From positions 352,001 through 416,000 of the forward strand of contig JBJBCN010000002.1 in the NCBI GenBank assembly GCA_047285805.1: 64,000 nucleotides of DNA, given 5' to 3'. The position numbers and the translations under genes were made by a program. The notes beneath the pieces are model-generated. The model ran no database searches. It saw only the letters and a list, made by a program, of their open reading frames with translations, and was not told where the DNA came from. Shown here piece after piece: positions 30,478 through 39,306 of this stretch. Source of the DNA: Synechococcus sp. (lineage in GTDB: Bacteria; Cyanobacteriota; Cyanobacteriia; PCC-6307; Cyanobiaceae). How positions within the stretch are numbered: the first letter of the stretch is position 1; each line of letters opens with the position of its first letter.

Positions 30478-31068
30478 ATGACTAAGAGTTTGAGCAGTGG
30501 CCAGTGCATTGGCTATGCACGGGTCTCAACAAAGAGCCAGAGCGTTGAAGCCCAGGTGGCTGAGTTGAAGGCTGCAGGGGCCACGAAGGTCTTTGCAGAG
30601 CGCATCAGCACAAGGACAGCTGACAAGGACAGAACACAGCTGCAGGCCTGTCTGGCGTCACTACACAAGGGAGATGAGCTGGTGATCACCAAGCTCGACC
30701 GCCTTGGCAGGACTCAACGGGAGGTCATCAACCGACTGTGTGAGCTGCAGGAAGCAGGGATCAACGTCAGAACACTCGACAACCTGATCAACACCGCAGC
30801 ACTGGGGAAGATGGCTCCGCTGGTGGTTGGCCTGCTCACTGGTCTTGCTGAGGTTGAGCGTGAGCTGATCCGCGAGCGGACCCTGGCCTCTGTTGAGCAC
30901 CGCAGGGCAACTGGCGGGAAGCTCGGGGGAAGGCCTGCCAGCTTCACTCCAGAGCAGGCGCAGCAGGTCCATCGGATGCTGTTGGAGGGCATGTCCCTGG
31001 CCGCTGTAGCCCGAGGGACAGGGCTCTCGGAATCAACCTGCAGACGAATCAGGAAGCAAGCAGTTTGA
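30478..31068 (+). CDS. Small serine recombinase (resolvase/invertase) with C-terminal HTH
   Basis: GYARVST, GDELVITKLDRLGR, AEVERELIRERT, GGRP and an HTH. Confidence 0.93.
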   Translation: MTKSLSSGQCIGYARVSTKSQSVEAQVAELKAAGATKVFAERISTRTADKDRTQLQACLASLHKGDELVITKLDRLGRTQREVINRLCELQEAGINVRTLDNLINTAALGKMAPLVVGLLTGLAEVERELIRERTLASVEHRRATGGKLGGRPASFTPEQAQQVHRMLLEGMSLAAVARGTGLSESTCRRIRKQAV

Positions 31069-31084
31069 GGCCCTCCGAGGAGGT

Positions 31085-31120
31085 CAATCAACGTCAGATC
31101 AACCATCAATGCGTTGATTG
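31085..31120. repeat. 9-bp perfect inverted repeat downstream of the resolvase
   Basis: CAATCAACG (31085-31093) and CGTTGATTG (31112-31120), flanked by GAGG/CCTC. Confidence 0.7.
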
Positions 31121-31324
31121 CCTCGCAACAGGAGGGATCCATGCTCACAACGGCGAGAAAGGCGAGGCTTCAGCCCTTCCTCAACGCTCTTCAGCTCAGG
31201 ATTTCGCTCACAAACACATGTACGAGTAACGACCCAGCTCTGGAGGGGCTTTATTGCTGCATTTGATGCTCCGGGGAGCGCTACGGGGAAGGGCGCAACA
31301 GAGAAGCCTCCAGGAAGCTGTTTA

Positions 31325-31399
31325 AGAGGCTCCTAGAGGCTGAATCGAGGCGATAGAGGCGAAAGGAGCTCTAGAGGCCTTGTAGAGGCTTTTAGAGGC
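31325..31399 (+). repeat. Helically phased (TA)GAGGC direct repeats
   Basis: GAGGC starts at 31326, 31336, 31347, 31356, 31374, 31385 and 31395. Confidence 0.8.
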
Positions 31400-31412
31400 C
31401 GATTAGGAGTCT

Positions 31413-31643
31413 TTAGCGATCAACAGGGAGTTGTTCGATCTGATCGAAGCGTTCTTGGAGGCCAGGGTTGTTCTGAGGGTCGGTGACGAGGCCGTGTACG
31501 CGGCGGAGCGTCCATTCAGCGTTGAAGAGTTGCCAGAGGCGCTGTTCTGGTGTTTCGCGGTGGATGCCTGTGTAGGGGCGGTCTTCCGGGGGGAAGTGGC
31601 TATAGCCAGGGCGTTCAATACGCGTTGCAGGCTGATGAGACAT
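31413..31643 (-). CDS. Small hypothetical protein
   Basis: 76-aa ATG ORF co-oriented with the upstream Rep-like gene. Confidence 0.5.
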   Translation of the reverse strand: MSHQPATRIERPGYSHFPPEDRPYTGIHRETPEQRLWQLFNAEWTLRRVHGLVTDPQNNPGLQERFDQIEQLPVDR

Positions 31644-31759
31644 ATGCGCTATGCAGCTTGATCAACGATAGCGAGGCAGGGAGCAAGTGACACCTGATCA
31701 ACATCAACACAACAAGACTCATTTGTCTTGAGGTCAACAACAGTGCAGCGTTCATTCTC

Positions 31760-32788
31760 TCAGTCGTATGAAGTCACAACACAGTGACGATCATTCAACA
31801 AAACCTTGTCACCAGGCATGAGGCTGGAAGGCTTTGGAGTCAACAAGTGATTGTTATCAACAACAGCAGGACGATCATGGATACCCCTGATCTTGATATT
31901 CGCTGCTGATCTTGAGCTGGGGGCTTTGGAGCGCTCAACACCGCCCCCGAGGAAGTACCGAACGAATGGTTGCTCGGGGTCGAGGAGGTTCTGGGGCAGG
32001 GCGTAGCGATTGCCCGAGCCGTGGCAGAGAACAACGCACTGATCAACAGGGCGCTGCCCTTCAACCAAAAAGCGCTGATCCCTGAGCATGAGCTCCTCGT
32101 GATTGCCGAAGGCTGATTTCAACAAAGCCCTGAGCTCTTTAGAGCAGGGCTCAACACCAGCGAGGCTTTCAACCCGATTGAGGAAGGGGAAGGCCTCGAG
32201 AACGGGATCAACCTCAACCGATTGGGGTGTGTTGACCTCTGATTCCGGCTGTTGGGCTGCTTCCCTCTTAAGAGAACTTTTTTCTGGAGTCTCTAAGACT
32301 CTTAGTGGTGACCCCTCATTGGGGGTCAGGGGGTGACCCTTCTGGGGGGTCAGGTGGGGTGACCCCTCATTAGGGGTCAGGGGGTGACCCTTCTGAGGGG
32401 TCAGGTCTGCTGATTTCCGTGCTTTGGCCCACGGCCAGCGAACGTCTTTCGCACGTGCTTGGTTGCGGTGCTCTTGCAACAGCAGCTCAAAGCGATCGGA
32501 CTCAACAGCGGGGCCAAGCTGCAGGGTGCTGGGCTTGCCTGGGATCTTGATTTCGGTGAGCAGGCCAGCCTTCACCAGGGCGGCCTTGATCTCGCCAGGG
32601 CGTCGGCGGTTGATGTCGAAGGCGACGGCCTCGGAGGCCACGCTGATGGATCGTGAACCGTTGGTTGATGTATCAACCATGCCGAGTAGGTGCATGGCGA
32701 TGTTGAGTTGATCGCGTGACTTCGCGTTGATCAACCAAGCAACAGCGAACTGCTGGTCAACGGGGTTGAAGAAGAAGCTGCGGGACAT
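31760..32788 (-). CDS. Putative replication initiator with internal iteron-like repeats
   Basis: HTH-like N-terminus (...IKAALVKAGLL...) and a central duplicated TPQKGHPLTPNEGSP encoded by palindromic DNA repeats. Confidence 0.6.
   Translation of the reverse strand: MSRSFFFNPVDQQFAVAWLINAKSRDQLNIAMHLLGMVDTSTNGSRSISVASEAVAFDINRRRPGEIKAALVKAGLLTEIKIPGKPSTLQLGPAVESDRFELLLQEHRNQARAKDVRWPWAKARKSADLTPQKGHPLTPNEGSPHLTPQKGHPLTPNEGSPLRVLETPEKSSLKREAAQQPESEVNTPQSVEVDPVLEAFPFLNRVESLAGVEPCSKELRALLKSAFGNHEELMLRDQRFLVEGQRPVDQCVVLCHGSGNRYALPQNLLDPEQPFVRYFLGGGVERSKAPSSRSAANIKIRGIHDRPAVVDNNHLLTPKPSSLMPGDKVLLNDRHCVVTSYD
32309..32403. repeat. Four palindromic TGACCC-N7/8-GGGTCA sites (51-bp tandem duplication), candidate iterons
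   Basis: Sites at 32309-32328, 32334-32352, 32360-32379 and 32385-32403, next to an AT-richer tract at about 32266-32305. Confidence 0.85.
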
Positions 32789-33131
32789 CGGTTGGCATGA
32801 GCGTTGTGGGGATATGGCGTTACGATTCCAAGGTGCTCTTTTGCTATTCCCGACTGAGCTCTAAAGGCGTCGTCTTGGGTGGGCGGCACCTTTTTTAATG
32901 GGAGCTTGGAGTGACCCTGGCGACAAGGAATGAGCAGGGCAACTAACCGATAAGTAGAGCTAATAAAGCCCGCTGTTTCAGTACTTTGGGCTTGCCGATT
33001 GTTGTTGATTGATTCCATCCAATAGCTGCACTGCAGCGTGAGGATCAACGCCGCCATGCATTGCGGGTATCAACAATGCGTTGTCGGTTGATGCTGCCCC
33101 TGGTGAGGCTTGGGGAGGGTGTCAGCTGGGC

Positions 33132-34739
33132 TTATCCGCCTCTCCTGAGCCCTCTTAGGCGCCTTTCCTCGGGAGGCGTGGCGATGTCCTTTGCGTTGGC
33201 ATCCACGGCCTCCCACCACTCAAACGTCCTGCTCAGCGCCACGTTGTCGCTGATGCCTTCCTCGAGGCCGAGCTGAATCCGCTGGTCTTCGGGGCTGAGG
33301 CTGTCATCGTTGAGCTCAAAGCGTTCCTTTTTCGTCGCTGGATCGAAGCTCCACTTGAACCCGAAGCGACCGCTGGCGACTTCAATCACCCAACGGTTTT
33401 CAACGCGAGCCCCGAGTTCGGCGTCGTCGATGGCTTCGAGCAGTTGTTGGTCCGTCAGCTCCCATGGCTGCGCGAGCAACGGGGTGAGTCGTTCGATCAG
33501 CTGAGCGGTGGTGACCTGCGAGCCATGCATCCTGCTGACTTCCTGCTCGATCGCCTTTTCCTTTTCCGCGATCAGCGGGCCGGTGCCATCAATGTTGAGA
33601 GCCCTCAGTGCGGTCAAATCCGATCTCAGCTTGAGCAGCTCCTTTGATTCCACGGCCTCGCGGCTGGCCATAGCGGCCTTGAGCGGAGCCAACCGCTGGA
33701 CCAACGCCGGGCCCATCCATTCAATGGCGCGGCAGATCGAGGCTCTGGCGCTGGCATCGAGGATCGAGTTGGCGCCGTACCGCTGAGAGCAGTCGGCGGT
33801 GATGCAGCGGAGCCGACCATGGTGGCGCCCCATACGGATGCCGCACTCATGGCAACGGAAGTGCCCTGTTCGCCAGCTGCGTTGGGTTGATTGCCTGTGA
33901 GCGGAAGCGCCTCGAGCAGTGGAGGCTTCGAGCGCCCGTTCAACCTCAGTCCAGGTTGCTCTGGGGATCAATCCCTGGTGGCGGTCCCATTCGATGGAGT
34001 CATAGACGCCAGGCCTTGGGCCTTTGCGCTTGCGGGTGCCATCGGGCAGCGTCACCCAGGTGCCAGCGCAGCGGCCAATGCCGCCAGCGATGGCTGGGTT
34101 CTTCAACCAATTTCGGAAACTCAGCCTTGGCTTGTGGATCCCGTGGGTTCGGTTGAGCCAGAGCACGGTTTCTTGGATGCTCCGGCTTCTGAGGAAGTGC
34201 TCGATTGCTCCGCGAGAGACCTCCTCGAGTTCGGGGTCAACCACCAGGCCCAGGCCATCGGGCGCTCGCAGGAAGCCCCATGGAGGTTTGCCACCGTGGC
34301 CTCCTTTGCTCTGGCGGTGTGCTCTGCCGTGGGCGACGCGCTCGGCCAAGCGTTCAACTTCACCGGCATTGACCGCCGAGAGCAGTCGGGCTGTCATGCG
34401 CCCGGCAACGGTTGAAACGTCGAGGCCGTCGTCCAGCAGTCGGAGGTTGGCGGTGCCTTCCCGAGCAAAGAAGTCGAGCAGCTTTTCGTTGAACTTGGGG
34501 CTTCGGGTGATCCGATCCAGCCGGGTGGCGATCAGGGTGTCTTCGGGGCCCAGCAGAGCCAGGGCTTTCTTGAGTTCGGGCCGGTTGTCCTGCGTCCCGC
34601 TCTGCACATCAGAAAAGATTTCAGTGCAGCCAGCGGCGACAAGGCGAGCTTTCTGCTGCTCGAACGCCGAGGAATCGCGGGCCTGCTCCAGGCTCGAGAC
34701 TCTGGCGTAGCCGATCAGCGACATTCCCCCTTGCAGCAT
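33132..34739 (-). CDS. Large serine recombinase (integrase)
   Basis: GYARVSS catalytic motif, TRLDRITR, KPPWG recombinase domain, CHEC...C...C zinc ribbon and coiled coil; 535 aa. Confidence 0.93.
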   Translation of the reverse strand: MLQGGMSLIGYARVSSLEQARDSSAFEQQKARLVAAGCTEIFSDVQSGTQDNRPELKKALALLGPEDTLIATRLDRITRSPKFNEKLLDFFAREGTANLRLLDDGLDVSTVAGRMTARLLSAVNAGEVERLAERVAHGRAHRQSKGGHGGKPPWGFLRAPDGLGLVVDPELEEVSRGAIEHFLRSRSIQETVLWLNRTHGIHKPRLSFRNWLKNPAIAGGIGRCAGTWVTLPDGTRKRKGPRPGVYDSIEWDRHQGLIPRATWTEVERALEASTARGASAHRQSTQRSWRTGHFRCHECGIRMGRHHGRLRCITADCSQRYGANSILDASARASICRAIEWMGPALVQRLAPLKAAMASREAVESKELLKLRSDLTALRALNIDGTGPLIAEKEKAIEQEVSRMHGSQVTTAQLIERLTPLLAQPWELTDQQLLEAIDDAELGARVENRWVIEVASGRFGFKWSFDPATKKERFELNDDSLSPEDQRIQLGLEEGISDNVALSRTFEWWEAVDANAKDIATPPEERRLRGLRRGG

Positions 34740-34797
34740 GGGTAATCATCATGTTACTCTCCCGCTGCGTAGCCGGCCGTCCTCGACGCTTCCCAGG

Positions 34798-35044
34798 GGT
34801 GCTCGTAGTTGCCCGAGCGGATCGCCAGGCCGATACCGCAGCTCTCGTCATCGATGAGCCTGTCCACGCAGTCGCCCCACCAACTGAGCGCGGGGGACCC
34901 CAGCGGCGCGGCAATGTCCAGGCCACGGTGGGTGCGTGAGCCTCTGGCCCGCCAGCCGAAATGGCTGGTGTAGCCGCTGAACTGCGGGACCTGGAACTGG
35001 GCCAGGCGCCACTGGTTGGCCTGAACCGGAGAGGCAACCAGCAC
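34798..35044 (-). pseudogene. M23 family metallopeptidase, 5' half
   Basis: YTSHFGWR...THRGLDIAAPLGSP...CGIGLAIRSGNYEH (HxxxD motif); M23 similarity stops abruptly after EH. Confidence 0.88.
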
Positions 35045-35058
35045 GGCGGTGGCCAGAC

Positions 35059-36234
35059 TTAGAGGAGCCCGATGGCATGAAGCGGCCCGCGTCCGCTTAG
35101 GAGTTCAAGGAGGAAAGCAGAGAAGCCGAGCATGGCCAAGCGCCCGTTCCAGACCTCAGAGCTGTTGTTCCAACCCCAGGCCCACTTGTCCTGGGGATAG
35201 AGCTTGACCTTGGTGGGTAGAGCGGCGGCTTGATCGAGGTTGACCTCGGGTCCTTCTAGGGCGTGTTGGACGAGGTTGGCCAGACCATCAATAAAGGAGG
35301 GGGTGGTGTCGAGTGCGGGTACGCGGCGGAAGTTGGTGATGCCGGCTTCCGTTGCGATCTCGCGGTACTCGATATCGATTTCCTCGAGGGTTTCGATGTG
35401 CTCGCTGACAAAGCTGATGGGGACGACGACGAGGTCCTTGACGCCGGATTCACCGAGCTCATTGAGTGCTTCATCGGTGTAGGGCTTGAGCCACTCGACC
35501 GGGCCGACACGGCTTTGGTAGGCCAGGGTGAATGGATTGGCGTGGCCGAGATCGGTGGCCAGCTTGTCCATGATCAGCTGGGAGCAGGTTTCGATTTCCT
35601 TTTGATAGGGGTCACCGGCTTCCTCGACGTAGCTCTTGGGGACGCCGTGGGCGGAGAAGAAGACGTGGGCGTCAGCGGGGTTGGGGCAGGCCCGTATCTC
35701 TTTGCCGATCAGTTCGGCCATGGCGCCGATGTAACCGGGGTCGTTGTAGTAGCTGCGGATGCAGCGGATGGGGAGATTGGAGAAGGAGGGATCGCCCTGG
35801 CGTAGGCGTTGCAGTTCGCGGAAGCTGGAGCCGCTGGTGCTGATGGAGAAGTGGGGATAGAGAGGAAGGACGACCACTTCATCAATGCCGTCGGCCTTGA
35901 TGTCGGCGACGGCGGATTCCGTGAAGGGGTGCCAGTAGCGCATGGCCACGTAGCTGGTGGCCTCGATGCCGCGCTGGCGCAGGGTGCTCTGCAGTTCCCG
36001 TGCCTGCTGCTCGGTGATGCGCCGCAACGGGGAGCCACCGCCGATGGAACGATAGGCGGCCTGTGATTTGCCGGACCGCAGGCTGCTGATGAGCCAGGCG
36101 AGGGGTTTTTGGAGTGCTGGATTAGGGAGCCGGATGATCTCCGGGTCCGCGAAGAGGTTGTAAAGGAAGGGGCCGACGTCCTGGATGCGTTCAGGGCCGC
36201 CGAGGTTCAGCAACACAACGCCGACCTTGGCCAT
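35059..36234 (-). CDS. hemH: Ferrochelatase with C-terminal CAB-like helix
   Basis: [37 protein letters not shown]. Confidence 0.97.
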   Translation of the reverse strand: MAKVGVVLLNLGGPERIQDVGPFLYNLFADPEIIRLPNPALQKPLAWLISSLRSGKSQAAYRSIGGGSPLRRITEQQARELQSTLRQRGIEATSYVAMRYWHPFTESAVADIKADGIDEVVVLPLYPHFSISTSGSSFRELQRLRQGDPSFSNLPIRCIRSYYNDPGYIGAMAELIGKEIRACPNPADAHVFFSAHGVPKSYVEEAGDPYQKEIETCSQLIMDKLATDLGHANPFTLAYQSRVGPVEWLKPYTDEALNELGESGVKDLVVVPISFVSEHIETLEEIDIEYREIATEAGITNFRRVPALDTTPSFIDGLANLVQHALEGPEVNLDQAAALPTKVKLYPQDKWAWGWNNSSEVWNGRLAMLGFSAFLLELLSGRGPLHAIGLL

Positions 36235-36363
36235 GCACCGCTTCATCGCAAAACAACACTGGCGAGCGTAACGCTGCCGGCCTGGGCCTGGTCGCTCTGG
36301 CTCAATCTCGATAGGGTCGGCCGGACCTCTTTATGTGACGAGATCAGCCTCGAACAGCTCGAT

Positions 36364-37524
36364 TTGGCCCTTCGCGAACACAACGCGTTGCTGGCAGGCA
36401 GCGGTGTCTCGTTGCGGCTGGAACGGCGCGGGTCCCGGCTTGGCTTGAGGGGCTCCCTGCCCTGCCGCAGTGGTGGGCCGTCCCAGCGGGTTCAACGGAT
36501 TAGCCTCGGTCTGGAGGCCAATATGGCGGGCCTGGAGCAGGCCCGCGCCCAGCTGAAGCAAGTGCTACATCAGCTCCAGCAGCAACGCTTCCGTTGGCAG
36601 GACTGGGGGGCAAGCCCCCAACCAAGCGAGGCCCCTTCGGACCGACTGACCCCTGCGCTCAACACGCCGATTGGGCCCCGGCTAGAGCGCTTTGAGCAGG
36701 CATTCTTCAACGACCCGCGCCGCCGCCGCAACCCATCGGGTGCTCGGACCACCTGGAGCAGCGCCTATCAGCCGTATCTCAGGCGCCTCAAGCGCCTGGC
36801 CGAGGACCAGGCCCTTGATTGGGGACTCCCCCTGCTTGAGGTTGTTCTCGAGAGTTATCGCGTGGCTTCGCGGGGGCGACAGCAATGCGGCACCACCTTG
36901 GCGGCCCTCGCCCGCTCTGAGGGGTTGGTGTTGCCCTCCGACTGGAGTGAGCGGGCCGCTGGCTATGGCCTCCATGCCGCTCAGTTCCGTCAGCTCCCCA
37001 GTGATCAGCAGATCCTGGACTGGCTGGAGCGCATTCCCAATCCCGCTTGGCGTTTGGCCTATGGGTTGATGGCCACCTACGGCCTACGCAACCACGAGGT
37101 TTTCTTCACCGATCTCTCCGCCCTGGCCCCTGGGGGCGATCGGGTGATCCGCGTCTTGCCGACGAGCAAAACAGGCGAACACCAGGTCTGGCCCTTCCAG
37201 CCGCAGTGGGTGGAGCGCTTCGGCCTGGAGCAACTCGGGGCCCAGCGTCAGTTGCTCCCGACGGTCTGCACGGACCTGAGGCGCACCACACTGCAGCAGG
37301 TTGGACGGCGGGTGGCGGAGCAGTTTCGGCGCTACGACCTGCCGTTAACCCCCTATGACCTGCGCCATGCTTGGGCGGTCCGCACCATCCACATCGGCCT
37401 GCCCGACACCGTGGCGGCGCGAATGATGGGCCACTCGGTGGCGATCCATACCCGTACCTATCACCACTGGATCACCCGCCGGGACCAACAGCAAGCGGTC
37501 GACAACGCCCTGGCCCGCCATTAG
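36364..37524 (+). CDS. Tyrosine recombinase family protein
   Basis: YGLRNHE, KTG, YDLRHAWA, MGHS..IH..TY; start uncertain. Confidence 0.85.
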   Translation: MALREHNALLAGSGVSLRLERRGSRLGLRGSLPCRSGGPSQRVQRISLGLEANMAGLEQARAQLKQVLHQLQQQRFRWQDWGASPQPSEAPSDRLTPALNTPIGPRLERFEQAFFNDPRRRRNPSGARTTWSSAYQPYLRRLKRLAEDQALDWGLPLLEVVLESYRVASRGRQQCGTTLAALARSEGLVLPSDWSERAAGYGLHAAQFRQLPSDQQILDWLERIPNPAWRLAYGLMATYGLRNHEVFFTDLSALAPGGDRVIRVLPTSKTGEHQVWPFQPQWVERFGLEQLGAQRQLLPTVCTDLRRTTLQQVGRRVAEQFRRYDLPLTPYDLRHAWAVRTIHIGLPDTVAARMMGHSVAIHTRTYHHWITRRDQQQAVDNALARH

Positions 37525-37566
37525 GCGGTGGCGACCTGACCTTGACAGATTGGAAGGACACTCCGC

Positions 37567-38244
37567 ATGGTCGCCGTGCCTGATCCCAACGCCCTTGACC
37601 AGACGGCCTCGCAGCTCGGGATGGGCGGTGATCTGGCCCCTGAGGCCACCGCCGATGCCTACCAACGACGCATGGCCCGTCGCAAGGAGGTGCAGCAGCA
37701 ACGGGTTGGCGAGCGCTCCTTAGAGAAGGGATTGGTGCTCGTCTTCACAGGCGATGGCAAAGGAAAGACCACCGCGGCTTTGGGGTTGGTGCTGCGGACC
37801 TTGGGCCATGGGGAGCAGGTGGCGGTGGTTCAGTTCATCAAGGGCGGCTGGCAACCCGGCGAGGCCAAGGCGCTTGAGGCCTTTGGAGAGTCACTGCATT
37901 GGCATGCCCTCGGTGAGGGGTTCACCTGGGAAACCCAGGACCGCGAACGGGATCGTGCCTTGGTCCAGGAGGCCTGGAATCGCTCTTGCAACTATCTCGC
38001 GGATCCGAGTCGCAAATTGGTCGTGCTCGACGAGGTGAATGTGGCGTTGAAGTTGGGCTACCTTGATGTGGAGGATCTGTTAGAAGGCCTCAAGTTGAGA
38101 CCACCGCTGACCCATGTGGCCTTGACTGGCCGCGGTGCTCCGCCGGCCTTGATTGAACGGGCTGATCTGGTTACGGAGATGAAGCTCGTGCGCCATCCAT
38201 TCCGGGAACAGGGTGTGAAAGCCCAAGCTGGGATCGAGTTCTAG
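37567..38244 (+). CDS. cobO: Cob(I)yrinic acid a,c-diamide adenosyltransferase
   Basis: TGDGKGKTTAALG, QFIKG, LDE, TGRGAP. Confidence 0.95.
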   Translation: MVAVPDPNALDQTASQLGMGGDLAPEATADAYQRRMARRKEVQQQRVGERSLEKGLVLVFTGDGKGKTTAALGLVLRTLGHGEQVAVVQFIKGGWQPGEAKALEAFGESLHWHALGEGFTWETQDRERDRALVQEAWNRSCNYLADPSRKLVVLDEVNVALKLGYLDVEDLLEGLKLRPPLTHVALTGRGAPPALIERADLVTEMKLVRHPFREQGVKAQAGIEF

Positions 38245-38471
38245 GAGTTGGCATTGGCCTGGACCATGGCCAATGCACTCATCAGAACCGACAGCCCACT
38301 AATGAGTAGAGCCCGGTGAACGACCGGCTCTCGCCAGGCGCTGGGGTCTTCGGTGAGCTGTTCCACTGCTGAGAGGGTGAGCCGGGCCATGAGGCCGCTG
38401 CGGCAGAAGCTGCCTGGGGCAATGGGTTGGTCTTGATGCCTGTCCATCCAGCACTGCCATCTCTCGGTCAT
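38241..38471 (-). CDS. Small hypothetical protein
   Basis: Short ORF with a hydrophobic C-terminus (WREPVVHRALLISGLSVL). Confidence 0.45.
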   Translation of the reverse strand: MTERWQCWMDRHQDQPIAPGSFCRSGLMARLTLSAVEQLTEDPSAWREPVVHRALLISGLSVLMSALAMVQANANS

Positions 38472-38548
38472 CGAAGCGCTCCTCGCCAGCGTCGGCAAGG
38501 GATCTCACGCTTGCTACTGTTCGGCCAACGAAGCTGTAGCACGAAGGG

Positions 38549-39262
38549 ATGGCCTATCAGCGCGTGTTGCTGAAGCTCAGTGGCGAAGCCCTAATGGGCG
38601 AACAGGGCTACGGCATCGACCCTGCGGTAGTGGATGCGATCTCCAAGGACGTGGCCGCGGTAGTGGCTGACGGCAGCCAGCTGGCGATTGTGGTGGGCGG
38701 CGGCAACATCTTCCGCGGGCTCAAGGGCTCAGCGGCTGGCATGGATCGGGCCACGGCTGACTACGTCGGCATGCTCGCCACCGTGATGAATGCCATCACC
38801 CTCCAGGACGGACTTGAGCGGGCCGGCATTCCGACGCGGGTGCAGAGCGCCATCTCGATGCAAGAGGTTGCGGAGCCCTACATCCGGCGCAAGGCCATTC
38901 GCCACATGGAGAAGGGTCGGGTGGTGATCTTTGCGGCTGGTACCGGCAATCCCTTCTTCACGACCGACACCACTGCAGCGCTGCGTGCGGCGGAGATCGG
39001 GGCCGATGTGGTCTTCAAGGCCACCAAGGTCGATGGGGTGTACGACAAAGACCCCAACAAAAATGCCGACGCGGTGCGCTACGACAGCCTCTCGTTCATG
39101 GATGTCCTCAGCAAAGAGCTTGAGGTCATGGACAGCACGGCGATCGCCCTCTGCAAGGACAACGCCATCCCAATCGTGGTGTTTGATCTCTTTGGTTCCG
39201 GCAACATTGGCCGGGCGGTGCGTGGTGAACCGATCGGCACCAGCATCCTTCCTTCGGCCTAA
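38549..39262 (+). CDS. pyrH: UMP kinase
   Basis: [27 protein letters not shown]. Confidence 0.97.
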   Translation: MAYQRVLLKLSGEALMGEQGYGIDPAVVDAISKDVAAVVADGSQLAIVVGGGNIFRGLKGSAAGMDRATADYVGMLATVMNAITLQDGLERAGIPTRVQSAISMQEVAEPYIRRKAIRHMEKGRVVIFAAGTGNPFFTTDTTAALRAAEIGADVVFKATKVDGVYDKDPNKNADAVRYDSLSFMDVLSKELEVMDSTAIALCKDNAIPIVVFDLFGSGNIGRAVRGEPIGTSILPSA

Positions 39263-39306
39263 CGGGTCGGTCCTGTTCTTTTCTTCAGCGACTCTCTTTT
39301 CTCGCC

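Larger units (their letters stand above)
20287..34800. mobile_element. ~14.5 kb integrative element with a large serine recombinase, inserted in an M23 peptidase gene
   Basis: Flanked by complementary M23 halves on the same strand. Carries a terminal large serine recombinase, a resolvase, Rep-like genes, lower-GC segments and accessory cargo. Shared GGT at 20287-20289 and 34798-34800. Confidence 0.85.

Noticed and set aside
32309..32403. Palindromic repeats as a CRISPR array
   Set aside because: There are no unique spacers of CRISPR length, the repeats are in-frame inside an ORF, and no cas genes are present.
36364..37524. Tyrosine recombinase as the island's integrase
   Set aside because: It lies outside the M23-defined ends, beyond hemH, and has host-like composition. 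To my knowledge it is a conserved hemH-cobO neighbour in picocyanobacteria. The serine recombinase at the junction is the better candidate.
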